Assembly: GCA_024231215.1 (NCBI GenBank)
Contig: JAAEQR010000034.1
Location: 12,668-76,667, forward strand
Direction: 5' to 3'
DNA: 64,000 nt
From: PVC group bacterium
GTDB lineage: Bacteria; Omnitrophota; Gorgyraeia; B26-G9
The translations under genes were made by a program, and so were the position numbers. The notes under the pieces are model-generated. The model did not search any database. It was not told where the DNA came from and saw only the letters and a program-made list of their open reading frames with translations. Each line of letters opens with the position of its first letter. Position 1 is the stretch's first letter. Shown piece after piece: positions 47,906-58,436 of the stretch.

Positions 47906-48187
47906 ATGGAAGACAGCATTGGAAAGCAGATAGAAGGTGTCGGAACGGAACTGATAAAATTTGTACAAGAGAAGAACAGGCGATACGGGAACAGTGGGTT
48001 AGACCCGTTCAGAGTTTTCAGTAAGCTTTCTCCCCGGGAAGGGTTTAATCTTCGGATGGATGATAAAATATCCAGGATTAAAAACTCCGACGTTCTAAGA
48101 AAGAATGATGTTGTCGATTTGATGGGGTATTTAATGCTGGTGTGTATCAACGAAGGCTGGATAAAGTTTGATGATTTATTAGATTAA
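47906..48187 (+). CDS. MazG-like / nucleotide-modification-associated small protein
   Basis: KNRRYGNS...RMDDKISRI...DVVDLMGY. Confidence 0.7.
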   Translation: MEDSIGKQIEGVGTELIKFVQEKNRRYGNSGLDPFRVFSKLSPREGFNLRMDDKISRIKNSDVLRKNDVVDLMGYLMLVCINEGWIKFDDLLD

Positions 48188-48252
48188 ACAAAATAAATAA
48201 ATGATAACAAATGGTTTAATTTAAAAAAGTAACACGAATCTGAAAAAAGTAT

Positions 48253-48281
48253 TTGACAAACTTTTTTAAATTGTGTATATA
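48253..48281 (+). promoter_or_regulatory. Sigma70-type promoter for the head operon
   Basis: TTGACA-17-TATATA. Confidence 0.6.
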
Positions 48282-48403
48282 AAGAGTAATTTTGGCTCTC
48301 AAAACTTGCTCTTTGTGTGTTAATCGACGGCCTTACGATACAAGGCAAACCTCGCGTAGCCCGGCGATACAGGGCCATTTTTCTTAAGAAATATATCTAT
48401 AGA

Positions 48404-49879
48404 ATGGCCATAAACAAATACGATACATTATTCACAATAAGACACCCTGAATTAAAGAAGCGCGAAAACAACTGGCAGCTTATTTATCATTCCTATGTTG
48501 GCGGCGTTGAATATTCTGAAGCCGGATATTTAATTAAATATCCAAAAGAGAGTATGGGAAGTTTTACTAAGAGGAAAGAAAGGGCAGTCTATTTTAATCA
48601 GATGTCTCCCATCGTTGATATGATCTCCGGGATGTTGTTCCTGAACAAGCCGACCAGAGAGATCCCTCAAGAACTTAAATACTTTGAAACATCAATTACA
48701 CCTTCTGGCGATAAAAACCTGAACGAATTTATGCGCCTCGTTGCTGCGTATTCATTTATGTTCACATGCGGAGTACTGATAGACTCCCCCGAGTTTGACC
48801 CGGAAGAAGTAAAAACAAAAAAAGACAGGGTGGATAATAAACTTAATCCATATTCTGTTTTATATCTCCCTTTTAAAATAAGGGATTTTTATGTAAATGA
48901 AGAAAGCGGAGAACTTGAATGGATTTTATTGGATAACTCCTACATAGATCATAGTGACCCGTTTTTAAAAAGCGAAAATATATATAAGTACACTCTCTGG
49001 GACAGAGAAAAAGCTGTCGATTATACAAGAAGGGGTGAAAGAAACGAAGTTCTCCCCGGGGAAGAAAGATATCATAACCTGGGTTTTGTTCCTTTTAGAT
49101 TTGTTTCATGGAGAGATGACAACAGTGATTTTATAGCCGAGACAGTCTGCGAAGACATAGCAATGGTTTCTAAACTTATATACAACAATATGAGTTACAT
49201 GGATGAAATGCTTGCTTCTGGTACTTTTAAAATGCTTGCTTACCCGACAAAAGATGGGAGTACCCCAGATGAATTGTCACAAGGAGGTGTTGGCCCGTTA
49301 TCCATCCTTCCTTATGATCTGATAAGTCACACTGAGCCTAGCTTTATCGGTGCTGAGTTATCCGGAATAGATCCTTTTGTAAAAGCTATAAATTTTTATA
49401 TGACTGAAATTCTTAAAAAAGTCGGTTTATCTACAGATGAGATGAAGGAATTTGTTAAATCTGGTACAGCTAAACGAATCGATATGGAGAAAATGCGGGC
49501 TCTTCTTACTTCCGGCGCGATGATGATGAGTAAGTTGGAAGAATGGATGATGTTTACCGCAGCTAAATGGGAAGGGAAGTCTGTTGATGGAAGAGTTGAT
49601 TACACATCATCTTTCTCAGATGAAGACCTTGAAACTGAAGTTACACTATTAACAGGCCTACTGGTTCATCCAGTTAAAAGTTTGAAGATAGAAGTCCTCA
49701 GTCTCCTTGTTCGGAAACTGCTCGGCAACTACCTTGAACCAGAAGTTCTGGAAAGTATTCAAAAAGATATAGAAACGAATACCGTTATTAAAACAGATGA
49801 TTTTGCCCCTCAAAATACACAAGGGGTGGCAAATAAAATTTTAAATAAACCACAGGAGAAAGTAGCAAATGAAGCCTAA
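48404..49879 (+). CDS. Portal protein
   Basis: YLIKYPKE...RKERA.Y.N, HNLGFVPF; position after terminase; likely start MAINK. Confidence 0.85.
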   Translation: MAINKYDTLFTIRHPELKKRENNWQLIYHSYVGGVEYSEAGYLIKYPKESMGSFTKRKERAVYFNQMSPIVDMISGMLFLNKPTREIPQELKYFETSITPSGDKNLNEFMRLVAAYSFMFTCGVLIDSPEFDPEEVKTKKDRVDNKLNPYSVLYLPFKIRDFYVNEESGELEWILLDNSYIDHSDPFLKSENIYKYTLWDREKAVDYTRRGERNEVLPGEERYHNLGFVPFRFVSWRDDNSDFIAETVCEDIAMVSKLIYNNMSYMDEMLASGTFKMLAYPTKDGSTPDELSQGGVGPLSILPYDLISHTEPSFIGAELSGIDPFVKAINFYMTEILKKVGLSTDEMKEFVKSGTAKRIDMEKMRALLTSGAMMMSKLEEWMMFTAAKWEGKSVDGRVDYTSSFSDEDLETEVTLLTGLLVHPVKSLKIEVLSLLVRKLLGNYLEPEVLESIQKDIETNTVIKTDDFAPQNTQGVANKILNKPQEKVANEA

Positions 49880-50717
49880 AATTAAAAAGTACCCTGAATA
49901 TTTCTCGATGAGACCAGGGGAAGAGAATCAATTGCATTTTGATCTTCAACGTCATAATGAAGGTGAAGGTGAAGGTGAGGGGGAAGGCGAAGGGACTGAA
50001 AATCTTGTAGATTTTACTGATCCGGAAACCAAAGAATCTCTTCAAATTCCTGCTGAGATCCAGAAAGTTATTGGTCATGTTATTTCAGCAACAAGGAAGA
50101 AAACTGAATCCGAGTATTCTTCTTTGACAGAGAAGATAGAAAAACTCCAGAATGAAAATGAGGAGATTGATTCTGTTAAAGACGAACTGGAAAAGATGAA
50201 GATGGAAAAGATGACTGCTGAAGAAAAAGCGGAAGCTAATGCGAAGAAGGTCATCAAAGACTATGAAAAAACAATGAAGACTGCCCAGGCAGAAAGGGAC
50301 AATTGGAAGACACTTTTTGAAGAAACCACGATAAGGAATGAAATAATGTCTTCTTTCGCCGGGAATCAACTCTGCAATCCTGAACAGGTTGCTATCCTCC
50401 TTGAAAGAGAAGGAACTGCACATATCGAAGAAAAAGTTGATTCTGAGGGCAAGCCCACAGGGAAATACGAAACAAGAATTACCCTTTCTATCGAAGACGA
50501 TAAAGGGAATTATGATGTCCTTGACGGTACCCCGAAAGAATTGTTTAGTAAATGGATAAAGATGGATGTAAATAGTCATCATCTTCAAAATGATTTAAAG
50601 CCTGGAGCAGGCTCAGGGCATAAAATTAAAATGCCTGACGGGAAAAAAGTTGATCTTTCACAGATTGAGAATCCTGTTGAAAGAATGAATATTGAAAGAG
50701 AGAGAAGTGGTAAATAG
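49869..50717 (+). CDS. Head scaffolding protein
   Basis: FDLQRH(N)EGEGEG leader, coiled coil, C-terminal GAGSG; precedes capsid gene. Confidence 0.8.
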   Translation: MKPKIKKYPEYFSMRPGEENQLHFDLQRHNEGEGEGEGEGEGTENLVDFTDPETKESLQIPAEIQKVIGHVISATRKKTESEYSSLTEKIEKLQNENEEIDSVKDELEKMKMEKMTAEEKAEANAKKVIKDYEKTMKTAQAERDNWKTLFEETTIRNEIMSSFAGNQLCNPEQVAILLEREGTAHIEEKVDSEGKPTGKYETRITLSIEDDKGNYDVLDGTPKELFSKWIKMDVNSHHLQNDLKPGAGSGHKIKMPDGKKVDLSQIENPVERMNIERERSGK

Positions 50718-50787
50718 TTTTTATATTTAAAGTGAGAGCAGACATAGAGCCAGATAATTATTATGTGAAAACATAGGAGGATTATAC

Positions 50788-51714
50788 ATGTCACTCACAT
50801 TGGTTGAAGCTGCAAAGCTAAACTCTGGAGATGTTATCCGTTCCGCTATCATAGAACTCTATGCTAGAAGTTCGGATGTATTACAGTATTTGCCTTTTGA
50901 TGATATTCAGGGCAATGCTTACAAGTATAACCGCGAAGAAACTCTTCCGGGTATAGGATTTAGAGGGGTTAACGAGGCTTATAGCGAGTCTACAGGCGTT
51001 CTTAATCCGATAACTGAACCGCTTGTGATTGCTGGTGGCGATCTTGATGTCGATAAGTTTATTGTCGATACAATGGGTCTAAGCCAAAGATCGGTTCAAG
51101 AAGCAATGAAAGTTAAGGCTCTTTCTCTGAATTGGACTAAAACTTTTATCAAAGGGGATCAACAATCTGAACCTAGAGAATTTGATGGTATTCAAGTTCG
51201 TTGTACAGGGGATCAGGTAATAAGTAATGGTACTGACGCTGGCGGGACAGCCTTATCTCTCGCTAAAATCGATACACTTATTGACCAGGTTAATGAACCT
51301 CAATATCTTCTCATGAATAAAGCAATGAGAAGGCGTTTGACTCAAGCTGCAAGAACCTACACTGTGTCTGGTTTTTTAACTTACACACAAGATTCTTTTG
51401 GTCGGACTCAAACTGTTTATAATGATTTGCCTATTCTCATCTGTGATGAGGACAATGAGGGAAATCAAATTCTTCCTTTTACTGAAGCTGCCGCATCAGG
51501 CGATAGCGTAACCTCATCAATCTACTGTGTTTCTTTTGGAGATGGTAAACTGATGGGTCTTCAAAATGGCGGGATGGATGTTCGGGATATTGGTGAACTC
51601 GATACTAAACCAGCTTTAAGAACAAGGGTAGAATGGTATAACGGCATAGCCGTTTTCCACGGTAAATCTGTTGCTCGTCTAAGGTACATCAAAGACGACA
51701 CGGTAACGGTATAG
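50788..51714 (+). CDS. Major capsid protein
   Basis: MSLTLVEAAK, LPGIGFRGVNE, GGDLDVD, EFDG, RVEWY; strong GGAGG RBS. Confidence 0.9.
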   Translation: MSLTLVEAAKLNSGDVIRSAIIELYARSSDVLQYLPFDDIQGNAYKYNREETLPGIGFRGVNEAYSESTGVLNPITEPLVIAGGDLDVDKFIVDTMGLSQRSVQEAMKVKALSLNWTKTFIKGDQQSEPREFDGIQVRCTGDQVISNGTDAGGTALSLAKIDTLIDQVNEPQYLLMNKAMRRRLTQAARTYTVSGFLTYTQDSFGRTQTVYNDLPILICDEDNEGNQILPFTEAAASGDSVTSSIYCVSFGDGKLMGLQNGGMDVRDIGELDTKPALRTRVEWYNGIAVFHGKSVARLRYIKDDTVTV

Positions 51715-51726
51715 GGAGGAGATAAT

Positions 51727-52158
51727 ATGAGTACAGTAAGACGATCTAGAACTTTTGATTATGATCTGTATTTGCACGACGGGACTGCTCTGACTGCATC
51801 TGCATCTGGTACTGTTGATTCTGCCGCAGTTGTTCTCGACCTTGGTACTGGTTTTGTTGACGCTGATCTTATTTTAGATGTAAGCGCGCTGGACGTTGCC
51901 AACGGTGATGAAATAGCAACTGTTGAAGTAAGGCTGAGTGACACTCAGATAGCAACTGAAGTTTATGTTGCGACTCAATACGAGTTGGGTGATTCTGCTG
52001 TTGTTTCGGGAGATGTTGATAGAACCACTGGTCGATATATTATACCTTTCAATAATATTGTCGAAGACGGAAGTTGTAAAAGGTACATGCACTTGTACTT
52101 TACGCTCGCAGGAACCATTGCAGCATTTACCGCTACAGCTTACATAGTCAAGAAGTAG
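51727..52158 (+). CDS. Capsid decoration/cement protein
   Basis: Beta-rich 143 aa directly after capsid gene. Confidence 0.65.
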   Translation: MSTVRRSRTFDYDLYLHDGTALTASASGTVDSAAVVLDLGTGFVDADLILDVSALDVANGDEIATVEVRLSDTQIATEVYVATQYELGDSAVVSGDVDRTTGRYIIPFNNIVEDGSCKRYMHLYFTLAGTIAAFTATAYIVKK

Positions 52159-52166
52159 AACTTAAT

Positions 52167-52200
52167 TTTCTATGGTCGCTGTAAAAGGCGGCCATAGAAA
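52167..52200 (+). terminator. Stem-loop after capsid/decoration genes (terminator or mRNA-stabilising hairpin)
   Basis: tttctatggtcgc...gcggccatagaaa; no U-tract on plus strand. Confidence 0.45.
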
Positions 52201-52222
52201 TAAAAACACAAAGGAGACCAAA

Positions 52223-52528
52223 ATGAACTTACCCCAAAACAAAGACGGGAAGTTTTTCCTTCTGAATTCAGAGGGGAAGGAAGTAGAATTTAATCACGCA
52301 ATTGATGTTCAAGAAGCATTATTTGGAGTGATAGGAAAAGACATAGATTACAAACCGGAACATTTTTTACCGGAAGATTTTGACATGAAAGTTAAAATTG
52401 GTAAAAATGTCCCCGATTCAAGAGAAGATATTATAAATAAAAAGATTAAAAAAAGAGGGAGACCTCCTAAAAACAAAGAAGAAGTGATAGCCAAAGAAGA
52501 GGAAAAGACTGAAAAAGGGAATGATTAG
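52223..52528 (+). CDS. Hypothetical protein with AT-hook-like KKRGRP
   Basis: AAGGAG RBS before MNLPQ. Confidence 0.55.
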   Translation: MNLPQNKDGKFFLLNSEGKEVEFNHAIDVQEALFGVIGKDIDYKPEHFLPEDFDMKVKIGKNVPDSREDIINKKIKKRGRPPKNKEEVIAKEEEKTEKGND

Positions 52529-52533
52529 AAACA

Positions 52534-53046
52534 ATGCTTAGTGAAACTTATACTATTGAAGACGTTAAGAACAGACTAAGAAAACCATATTCTTTTTATG
52601 ATTTTAATTCAGATGATGAGTTTGAGTCAACACTCATAACTGTTTCTGAAGATGTAAAATTTCTTCAGATGTACCCTCTTGTTGGTACAACTGGATATGG
52701 CACTATTGAAGATAAGGATAGAGTCAGCTTAACAGCTTACGAAGTATATGTTTATTGGGCGGAAATTTATTATATTTGTTACGAATTTTTAAAATTGGAC
52801 GAGAGAACAACTGGACAGCGCCAAACCAGTTCTGGTTCAGAATCATTAAAAGTTGAAGGGTATCAATACCAGGTTAATAACAGTTATGGTTCTAAATCAC
52901 AGGAAGATGTTTCAAGAGGTTATTTCTTGGAGAAGGCCAGAGGCTATATGAAGTTAGCTGGTTTTGATATGTATTCTCTGGAAAGAACATGCAGTATATT
53001 CGGAACAACTTCAGCAAGCAATGATTCAAGCGAAACTTTAACATGA
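52534..53046 (+). CDS. Putative head-tail adaptor
   Basis: Position; SESLKVEGYQY motif. Confidence 0.55.
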   Translation: MLSETYTIEDVKNRLRKPYSFYDFNSDDEFESTLITVSEDVKFLQMYPLVGTTGYGTIEDKDRVSLTAYEVYVYWAEIYYICYEFLKLDERTTGQRQTSSGSESLKVEGYQYQVNNSYGSKSQEDVSRGYFLEKARGYMKLAGFDMYSLERTCSIFGTTSASNDSSETLT

Positions 53047-54056
53047 TCCCATATGTAGATATTGAATTATATGACCCTATCAGTGTTTATAGCGATTATT
53101 ATTTAACTGGAGAAGACTTGGATATATTGTCCAGTATGATCGAGGAAGGGAGACCCCAGGATGCAGTTGATTACTTTATTAGTCAAAACATACTTCCTCC
53201 TGGAATTAAATATCAAGAGGCATTGTCAAAATATTTGGATTATTCTTCCATGGGTATTTTAAAAGAAAAAGAAAAGAAAAGAGTGTTGCGCAATACTGCG
53301 CTATTAACACTGGGATTATCCTCACTCCTGTACACGAACTATAACACTTTCATCAAAAAGGTTTATGCTGACCATGTTTTCAAAAAAGCTGCCCTGACAG
53401 CCGGGGGAGCGAAACGGGTTGTTAAAGATGAGATCTTAGGCGGGATGGAGCAAATAGTAGACGGAACTTTTACACAAACCCAATTCTTTATTACAAACAG
53501 TATAAAGACCCTTCAGAAAGAAATGTTAACCGCAAATATACGTTTAAATAAGATCGGCCTCAAAGGGGAAGCAGTATCTTATCTTATAGAGGAATTCAAA
53601 GCCGACCTGAAGAACAGATACCCGCACATATTTAAAGCTATCAAAGATGGTAATGTATTAGTTACATCCAAATATGGGCAGGATGGTTATCGGGTTAAAC
53701 ATTTCAAAGTCGATAACTATCTTGACAGTATCATTAGTAAGTCTATCCTTGATTTAGACCGAACTGCCAATGTTGTTTCCGCGACAATTGCCGGGGAAAA
53801 GGTTCTTGAATTTTATCTTGCGAATACAAGAAAAGTTAAGAAAGACAGGGAGATCTGCCAAGAGATCATTGCGAAGAAAATCAACGGAGTTTCTGTATTA
53901 GCGTTAGACGAAGATACTGCGGGGAAGTTAGGAATAATGACCGTTGCCGAGGCAGAAGGTACACCGGATTTTGCGTTCTCTTATAATTGCAGACATGGTC
54001 TCAAAAGGCTGGATCGTGGATATTTACAAGGGATAAATAAAATATTGGGAGACTGA
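53043..54056 (+). CDS. Minor capsid / head morphogenesis protein
   Basis: REIC...FSYNCRH C-terminal motif. Confidence 0.65.
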   Translation: MIPYVDIELYDPISVYSDYYLTGEDLDILSSMIEEGRPQDAVDYFISQNILPPGIKYQEALSKYLDYSSMGILKEKEKKRVLRNTALLTLGLSSLLYTNYNTFIKKVYADHVFKKAALTAGGAKRVVKDEILGGMEQIVDGTFTQTQFFITNSIKTLQKEMLTANIRLNKIGLKGEAVSYLIEEFKADLKNRYPHIFKAIKDGNVLVTSKYGQDGYRVKHFKVDNYLDSIISKSILDLDRTANVVSATIAGEKVLEFYLANTRKVKKDREICQEIIAKKINGVSVLALDEDTAGKLGIMTVAEAEGTPDFAFSYNCRHGLKRLDRGYLQGINKILGD

Positions 54057-54057
54057 T

Positions 54058-54321
54058 ATGAAATTCAAATTTAAAATCGAGTTTGATGATGGAAAGATTC
54101 TGGAGCTCTCAGAAAAGAAGGCGAGAGAGCTTTATTTAAAATTGGGGGAGTATTTTTGTAGCCCTTTTCCTGAGTCTCGTATAAAATTGGGGGAGTATTC
54201 TTGTAGCCCTTTTCCTGAGCCTCGTATTTATGAGGAGCCTATAATTGAATGGCCAGAACGTGCGCCGGAACACACACCATCATATCCTATAATAACTTGT
54301 CAGGTGAACGATGGCTGTTGA
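54058..54321 (+). CDS. Hypothetical protein with internal 45-bp tandem duplication
   Basis: KLGEY(F/S)CSPFPE(S/P)RI twice (54137-54227). Confidence 0.55.
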   Translation: MKFKFKIEFDDGKILELSEKKARELYLKLGEYFCSPFPESRIKLGEYSCSPFPEPRIYEEPIIEWPERAPEHTPSYPIITCQVNDGC

Positions 54322-54715
54322 CGATCAACTCACATCAACTAAATTAAGCACAGCAAAAACTCATGTGTATAATGTTACACAACTGGGTTTAGATGTGACT
54401 CTTATAGGTTCAGCGACAAAAGATGAATTCGGGGGAATACTTACCGAAAGCACAATAGACCTTAAAGCCTTTCCGGTAAGACTCACCCCTTATGATAGAG
54501 ATGTAACGAGAAGAATAAGCTGGGCGGAAGACACAGATCTTATCGCATATGTTTCCAAAAAGGAAATAGATGACTTAGGATTAACTTCAGAGAATATAAG
54601 ACGGAACTACAAGAAGATCAGACACGGGGGAAAGACATATGAACTTCGTTATACAGAACCATATAACGCTTTTGGAACTGACTTTCTGTATTATGTGCTT
54701 GGCGGTAAAGCTTAA
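54311..54715 (+). CDS. Putative head closure protein
   Basis: Position and size in neck module. Confidence 0.5.
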   Translation: MAVDDQLTSTKLSTAKTHVYNVTQLGLDVTLIGSATKDEFGGILTESTIDLKAFPVRLTPYDRDVTRRISWAEDTDLIAYVSKKEIDDLGLTSENIRRNYKKIRHGGKTYELRYTEPYNAFGTDFLYYVLGGKA

Positions 54716-55302
54716 TGGTTACATGTAGATTAGATCAAAGAAGTTTCGATGAATTCGTAAAGGGATTACAGGAATTAGGGCATAAGATCAACGATCCTAA
54801 CCTGCAATTGCATCGAGCTAAAAAATTTAGGGAATATACTATAAAGGCAGTTAGCAGCGGGGAAATAGATTTAAAGGCTTTGTCAGGGTTAACCCAGGCT
54901 ATTTCCGGAGGAACTTACGGCCCCATATGGAAGACAGGCGGGGTTTTAAGAGAAATGGGGTTTAAATCCACAGGAAAGAATACTGCGGAAGCTGGGTATT
55001 GGGACGACACTACAAGGATGCTTCCCGGGAAAAAGATAACTTATGCCGGATGGGTAAGGGCTTTACATACAGGTTTTCGCATCCCTTTAAAGGGGGACGC
55101 AGGGGAAAGAGTTAGATGGTGGTTCAGGAAATATCACGGGATTGTATTTAAAGAAAGTACAGAATGGTTAATAGTACCGCCGAGACCGTTTGTTTGGAAA
55201 GCTTATTTTGATTATGTCAGGACGAATAAAGACGTTGAAGCAGTTGATGAATTCTTAAGAGGATTATCTAATAGTCCGAAAACTACCAGTGGGGCATCTT
55301 AA
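54715..55302 (+). CDS. Neck / tail completion protein (Mu gpG-like)
   Basis: TG.L, YAG...LHTG, IVPPRPF. Confidence 0.65.
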   Translation: MVTCRLDQRSFDEFVKGLQELGHKINDPNLQLHRAKKFREYTIKAVSSGEIDLKALSGLTQAISGGTYGPIWKTGGVLREMGFKSTGKNTAEAGYWDDTTRMLPGKKITYAGWVRALHTGFRIPLKGDAGERVRWWFRKYHGIVFKESTEWLIVPPRPFVWKAYFDYVRTNKDVEAVDEFLRGLSNSPKTTSGAS

Positions 55303-56414
55303 TGTTTGATGAATTTCAAAATGTAGCGTGGACTCCTTCTGATGCGGGGCTCATAACAATTGCCGACAATACAGACACCTCGGTTTCCGGGGCATGCACA
55401 AGCCTTGTATTCGCAAGTGCTGCGAATGAATATGTTGACTTCACCTTCACTGGTGTTGATTTATCTCAATGGCAGGAAGTGGTTTTATGGCTTTACATGA
55501 GAGACCAGCTTACTGCGGATAATGTTTTACGGATTACGATAGATGGAACTAATTATGATCTCAGTAGAGCCGATATAGTCAATGCTGGCAAATGGAAACA
55601 GATCCTGTTTGACTGTACGGAAATGGGAACTGTTTATTCTATTCGTTTCACTTCTCTGGTTGCCAACTTGACACTGTTCGTGGATTATGTAGGTCACAGG
55701 AAAGTGGGTTATGACATGGACGTTGATGTTATAAAGGCCCTTAAAGCCCACATAAGCCTTGACTATGATGTTGCGACAACTTTATCCGCCGATGTGTCTG
55801 CTGGTGCTACCGATATTTCAGTGGACAGTATTGCGTACATCACTGACAAGTCCCTGATTGAATTAGAGGATGCCTCGGGGAACATAGAACCGACCCAGAT
55901 AGAAAGTCGGGAAGGAACAACCCTGACCATGGGGGTATCTGTTACAGGAACATACTCTGAAGGGGACGAAGTGAGAATAACCTGTCCCGTAAGATCAGAG
56001 GATTTTGATGAGTTGGAACCTGACCCGGTGTGCGGGATAAATGTTTACGATAGACACGCGGACAGGACTCCGGACATTCTCCAAACAGAGAATGGCCCGA
56101 AGTATATTGAGTATCTCGGCTCACTCGGGATAATCATATACATAGATTGTAGCAACAAAAAAAAGTTGTTGCAATTATCCAGAGAATTTGATAATAAATA
56201 TGGAAAAGGATTTGTATTTTTGTTAGACGGAGATAAAGTAACTATATATTTAGAGGATTCTGTTTTCTCAGATTCGATTATAGGAAATAACCCCAGAATG
56301 GCTTATTATTATTTTGTCGAACCCCAGCCTTACTCGCAGTCAGTTTTCGGCACCACTGGAACCTTAACCGTAATACCGCAATCTTTGAGTACAGCAGTCA
56401 CTATAGAAAGTTGA
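55302..56414 (+). CDS. Virion structural protein, possible tail terminator with extra beta-sandwich domains
   Basis: Position before sheath; Thr/Ser/Asp-rich beta strands. Confidence 0.45.
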   Translation: MFDEFQNVAWTPSDAGLITIADNTDTSVSGACTSLVFASAANEYVDFTFTGVDLSQWQEVVLWLYMRDQLTADNVLRITIDGTNYDLSRADIVNAGKWKQILFDCTEMGTVYSIRFTSLVANLTLFVDYVGHRKVGYDMDVDVIKALKAHISLDYDVATTLSADVSAGATDISVDSIAYITDKSLIELEDASGNIEPTQIESREGTTLTMGVSVTGTYSEGDEVRITCPVRSEDFDELEPDPVCGINVYDRHADRTPDILQTENGPKYIEYLGSLGIIIYIDCSNKKKLLQLSREFDNKYGKGFVFLLDGDKVTIYLEDSVFSDSIIGNNPRMAYYYFVEPQPYSQSVFGTTGTLTVIPQSLSTAVTIES

Positions 56415-56415
56415 T

Positions 56416-56595
56416 ATGAAATATAGATTTAAAAATAAAACGGATTGTATTCAACAGTTGTCCCTTATAAGCGGCGGTAGTGTTGTAGTCTTACCGAGAA
56501 GTCGGACAGGGGGTTTTGTTGATTTAGATATTTCTACGATGTACAAAGATGAATTTGAGAGAGCAAGAAATTTTTTTGAAGTTACTCTTATTTAG
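56416..56595 (+). CDS. Small protein before the sheath gene
   Basis: MKYRFKNKTDCIQQL...EVTLI, 59 aa (below track cut-off). Confidence 0.45.
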   Translation: MKYRFKNKTDCIQQLSLISGGSVVVLPRSRTGGFVDLDISTMYKDEFERARNFFEVTLI

Positions 56596-56626
56596 ATAGA
56601 GGAATAATTAAAGGAGGTTTTACGAT

Positions 56627-58426
56627 ATGCCTAATTATGGAGCATATGCTAAACGAGTCCCGGCAACAGGTGGGGCGGTTTTAGCTGATGTAGATATTTA
56701 CAAGCTTGCTTTATTGGCTAAGACAGAACGCGGAATTGTGGACAGCGATGGTTTACCCATTGTCCATTCTGAAATATACTCTTTTTCAGATTTTTACAAG
56801 AAGTGTGGAGGTCATAATACCAGTTATTATGGTGCCTATGTCGCAGAGTCTTTTTTCAAGGAACTGGAAAGTAATATCAGTTGCGAGTTAAAGGTTCTCA
56901 GTTATTTAGATGCTTCTGCCGTTCAAGCGACTTACGAAATGCTGGACGATGACAGTGACAAGATTTTTGATGTTAAGGCTGGAAGAAAAGGGAAGAATGA
57001 TAAATCAGCTTTCGGCAACAAGATCGGAATAAAGGTCACTCAGATAGCGACACTTGAGATGAAAATTTCAAGCGGTATTGGGACAACTGCCACAACTGCA
57101 ACACTCAATAGTGTTGACAGCCTGGATGTAGGACACTACATCACTTTCACAGAAGGTTCAAATGTGGAAACAAGGGCTTTAACAGCAGTAAACGATTCTA
57201 CGAAAGCAGTTACATTCGCAGCCTTGAGCGGAGGAACTGGTTTTACCGCTTCAGGAACTACTGTCAATAGAGAAGACGTGAAGATTGAAGTCGCAACAAA
57301 AGACAATGGCGGTTCTTACCAAAAACAGGAAGAATGGGAAGAGGCTTTTACCGAAGCTGATACAACTGGAATTGCCGGGGTTATCAATGACGTAATTAGC
57401 GGGAGTGATTATATCATTCTTGCTGTTGATGCCACAAACACCAGTGATCCTGAAGATATAACTCCTGCTGCGCTAACTACCTGGACAGCATTAACAGGGG
57501 GTGCGGACGGTTCTGCTGCGGCGGATTCGGACTGGGATTCTTTAGCCACTACTTACTTTGGGGACGAAGAGTTCTCAATCATGCTTGCTCCTGAAGGGAC
57601 GAGTATTACTCACAATAACAACATGGTAGATTTTTGTACCGATGGTTACAAAGGGTTATACTATTGTCAATCTTCAAATGGAGCCTCTGCTGATACTCTG
57701 AAAAACTTTGGAGCATCAATGAGGGGCGGGATCAAGTTTGGAATGATTCCTTCTGACAAGTGGATCGGTGTTGATGATCCTCTCAGGAGAGGTCAATTAA
57801 AGGATATACCGAAGGTCGGTATAGACGCAGCATTCTGGTTTAACACCTACAGCAAATTTGGAGAAAGCAAAGTTGCCGCAGGAAATAAACCTGAGATGAT
57901 TCTTAAAAGTAGCGATAAACTTCGGGACAGTAATGGTTTAGTGCATGATGATAGAACTGGGGCTGGCGGCAGAATGATCAGGAATTATTCTGTTAACATA
58001 TGCCGTTACAAAAGAGGAAGAGGGATTACTAACAATAGTGCCAGGACTCTTAGTACGGATGCTGGTTACAGGTATCAGAATCAGATAATGCAGTGGATCT
58101 TATATTCTCGCTCAATTGTTGCTTTTTTAAAGCAGATAGAACAAGACAAGGCTGGAGCAACTACTATGTTGTCGCACAGGGCTTCAGTTGAAAGTTATAT
58201 GAGAAAGAAATATAACGCTGGTCATCTGTTTGTAGGACAGAAAGAAGACGGTTCATTCACTGGTTTTACCGATGTATGTATAGTCATAAATGATTTTACG
58301 ATAAATACTCTGGTAAATATATCCAATGGTATTGAAGAAATCTTCTTACAATTTGTTGCACCGCCGCCTATTGAAGAAGCGATTCTTTCTCTGGCTAGTG
58401 CATCAGTCACAACAGTAAAAGGATAG
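56627..58426 (+). CDS. Tail sheath protein
   Basis: 599 aa, LTGGADG, NNSARTLS, PPPIEE C-terminus; followed by tube gene. Confidence 0.85.
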   Translation: MPNYGAYAKRVPATGGAVLADVDIYKLALLAKTERGIVDSDGLPIVHSEIYSFSDFYKKCGGHNTSYYGAYVAESFFKELESNISCELKVLSYLDASAVQATYEMLDDDSDKIFDVKAGRKGKNDKSAFGNKIGIKVTQIATLEMKISSGIGTTATTATLNSVDSLDVGHYITFTEGSNVETRALTAVNDSTKAVTFAALSGGTGFTASGTTVNREDVKIEVATKDNGGSYQKQEEWEEAFTEADTTGIAGVINDVISGSDYIILAVDATNTSDPEDITPAALTTWTALTGGADGSAAADSDWDSLATTYFGDEEFSIMLAPEGTSITHNNNMVDFCTDGYKGLYYCQSSNGASADTLKNFGASMRGGIKFGMIPSDKWIGVDDPLRRGQLKDIPKVGIDAAFWFNTYSKFGESKVAAGNKPEMILKSSDKLRDSNGLVHDDRTGAGGRMIRNYSVNICRYKRGRGITNNSARTLSTDAGYRYQNQIMQWILYSRSIVAFLKQIEQDKAGATTMLSHRASVESYMRKKYNAGHLFVGQKEDGSFTGFTDVCIVINDFTINTLVNISNGIEEIFLQFVAPPPIEEAILSLASASVTTVKG

Positions 58427-58436
58427 GAGGAATAAA

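Noticed and set aside
49958-49995. GAAGGT microsatellite as a phase-variation tract
   Set aside because: In-frame Glu-Gly low-complexity linker with synonymous variation, typical of scaffold proteins.
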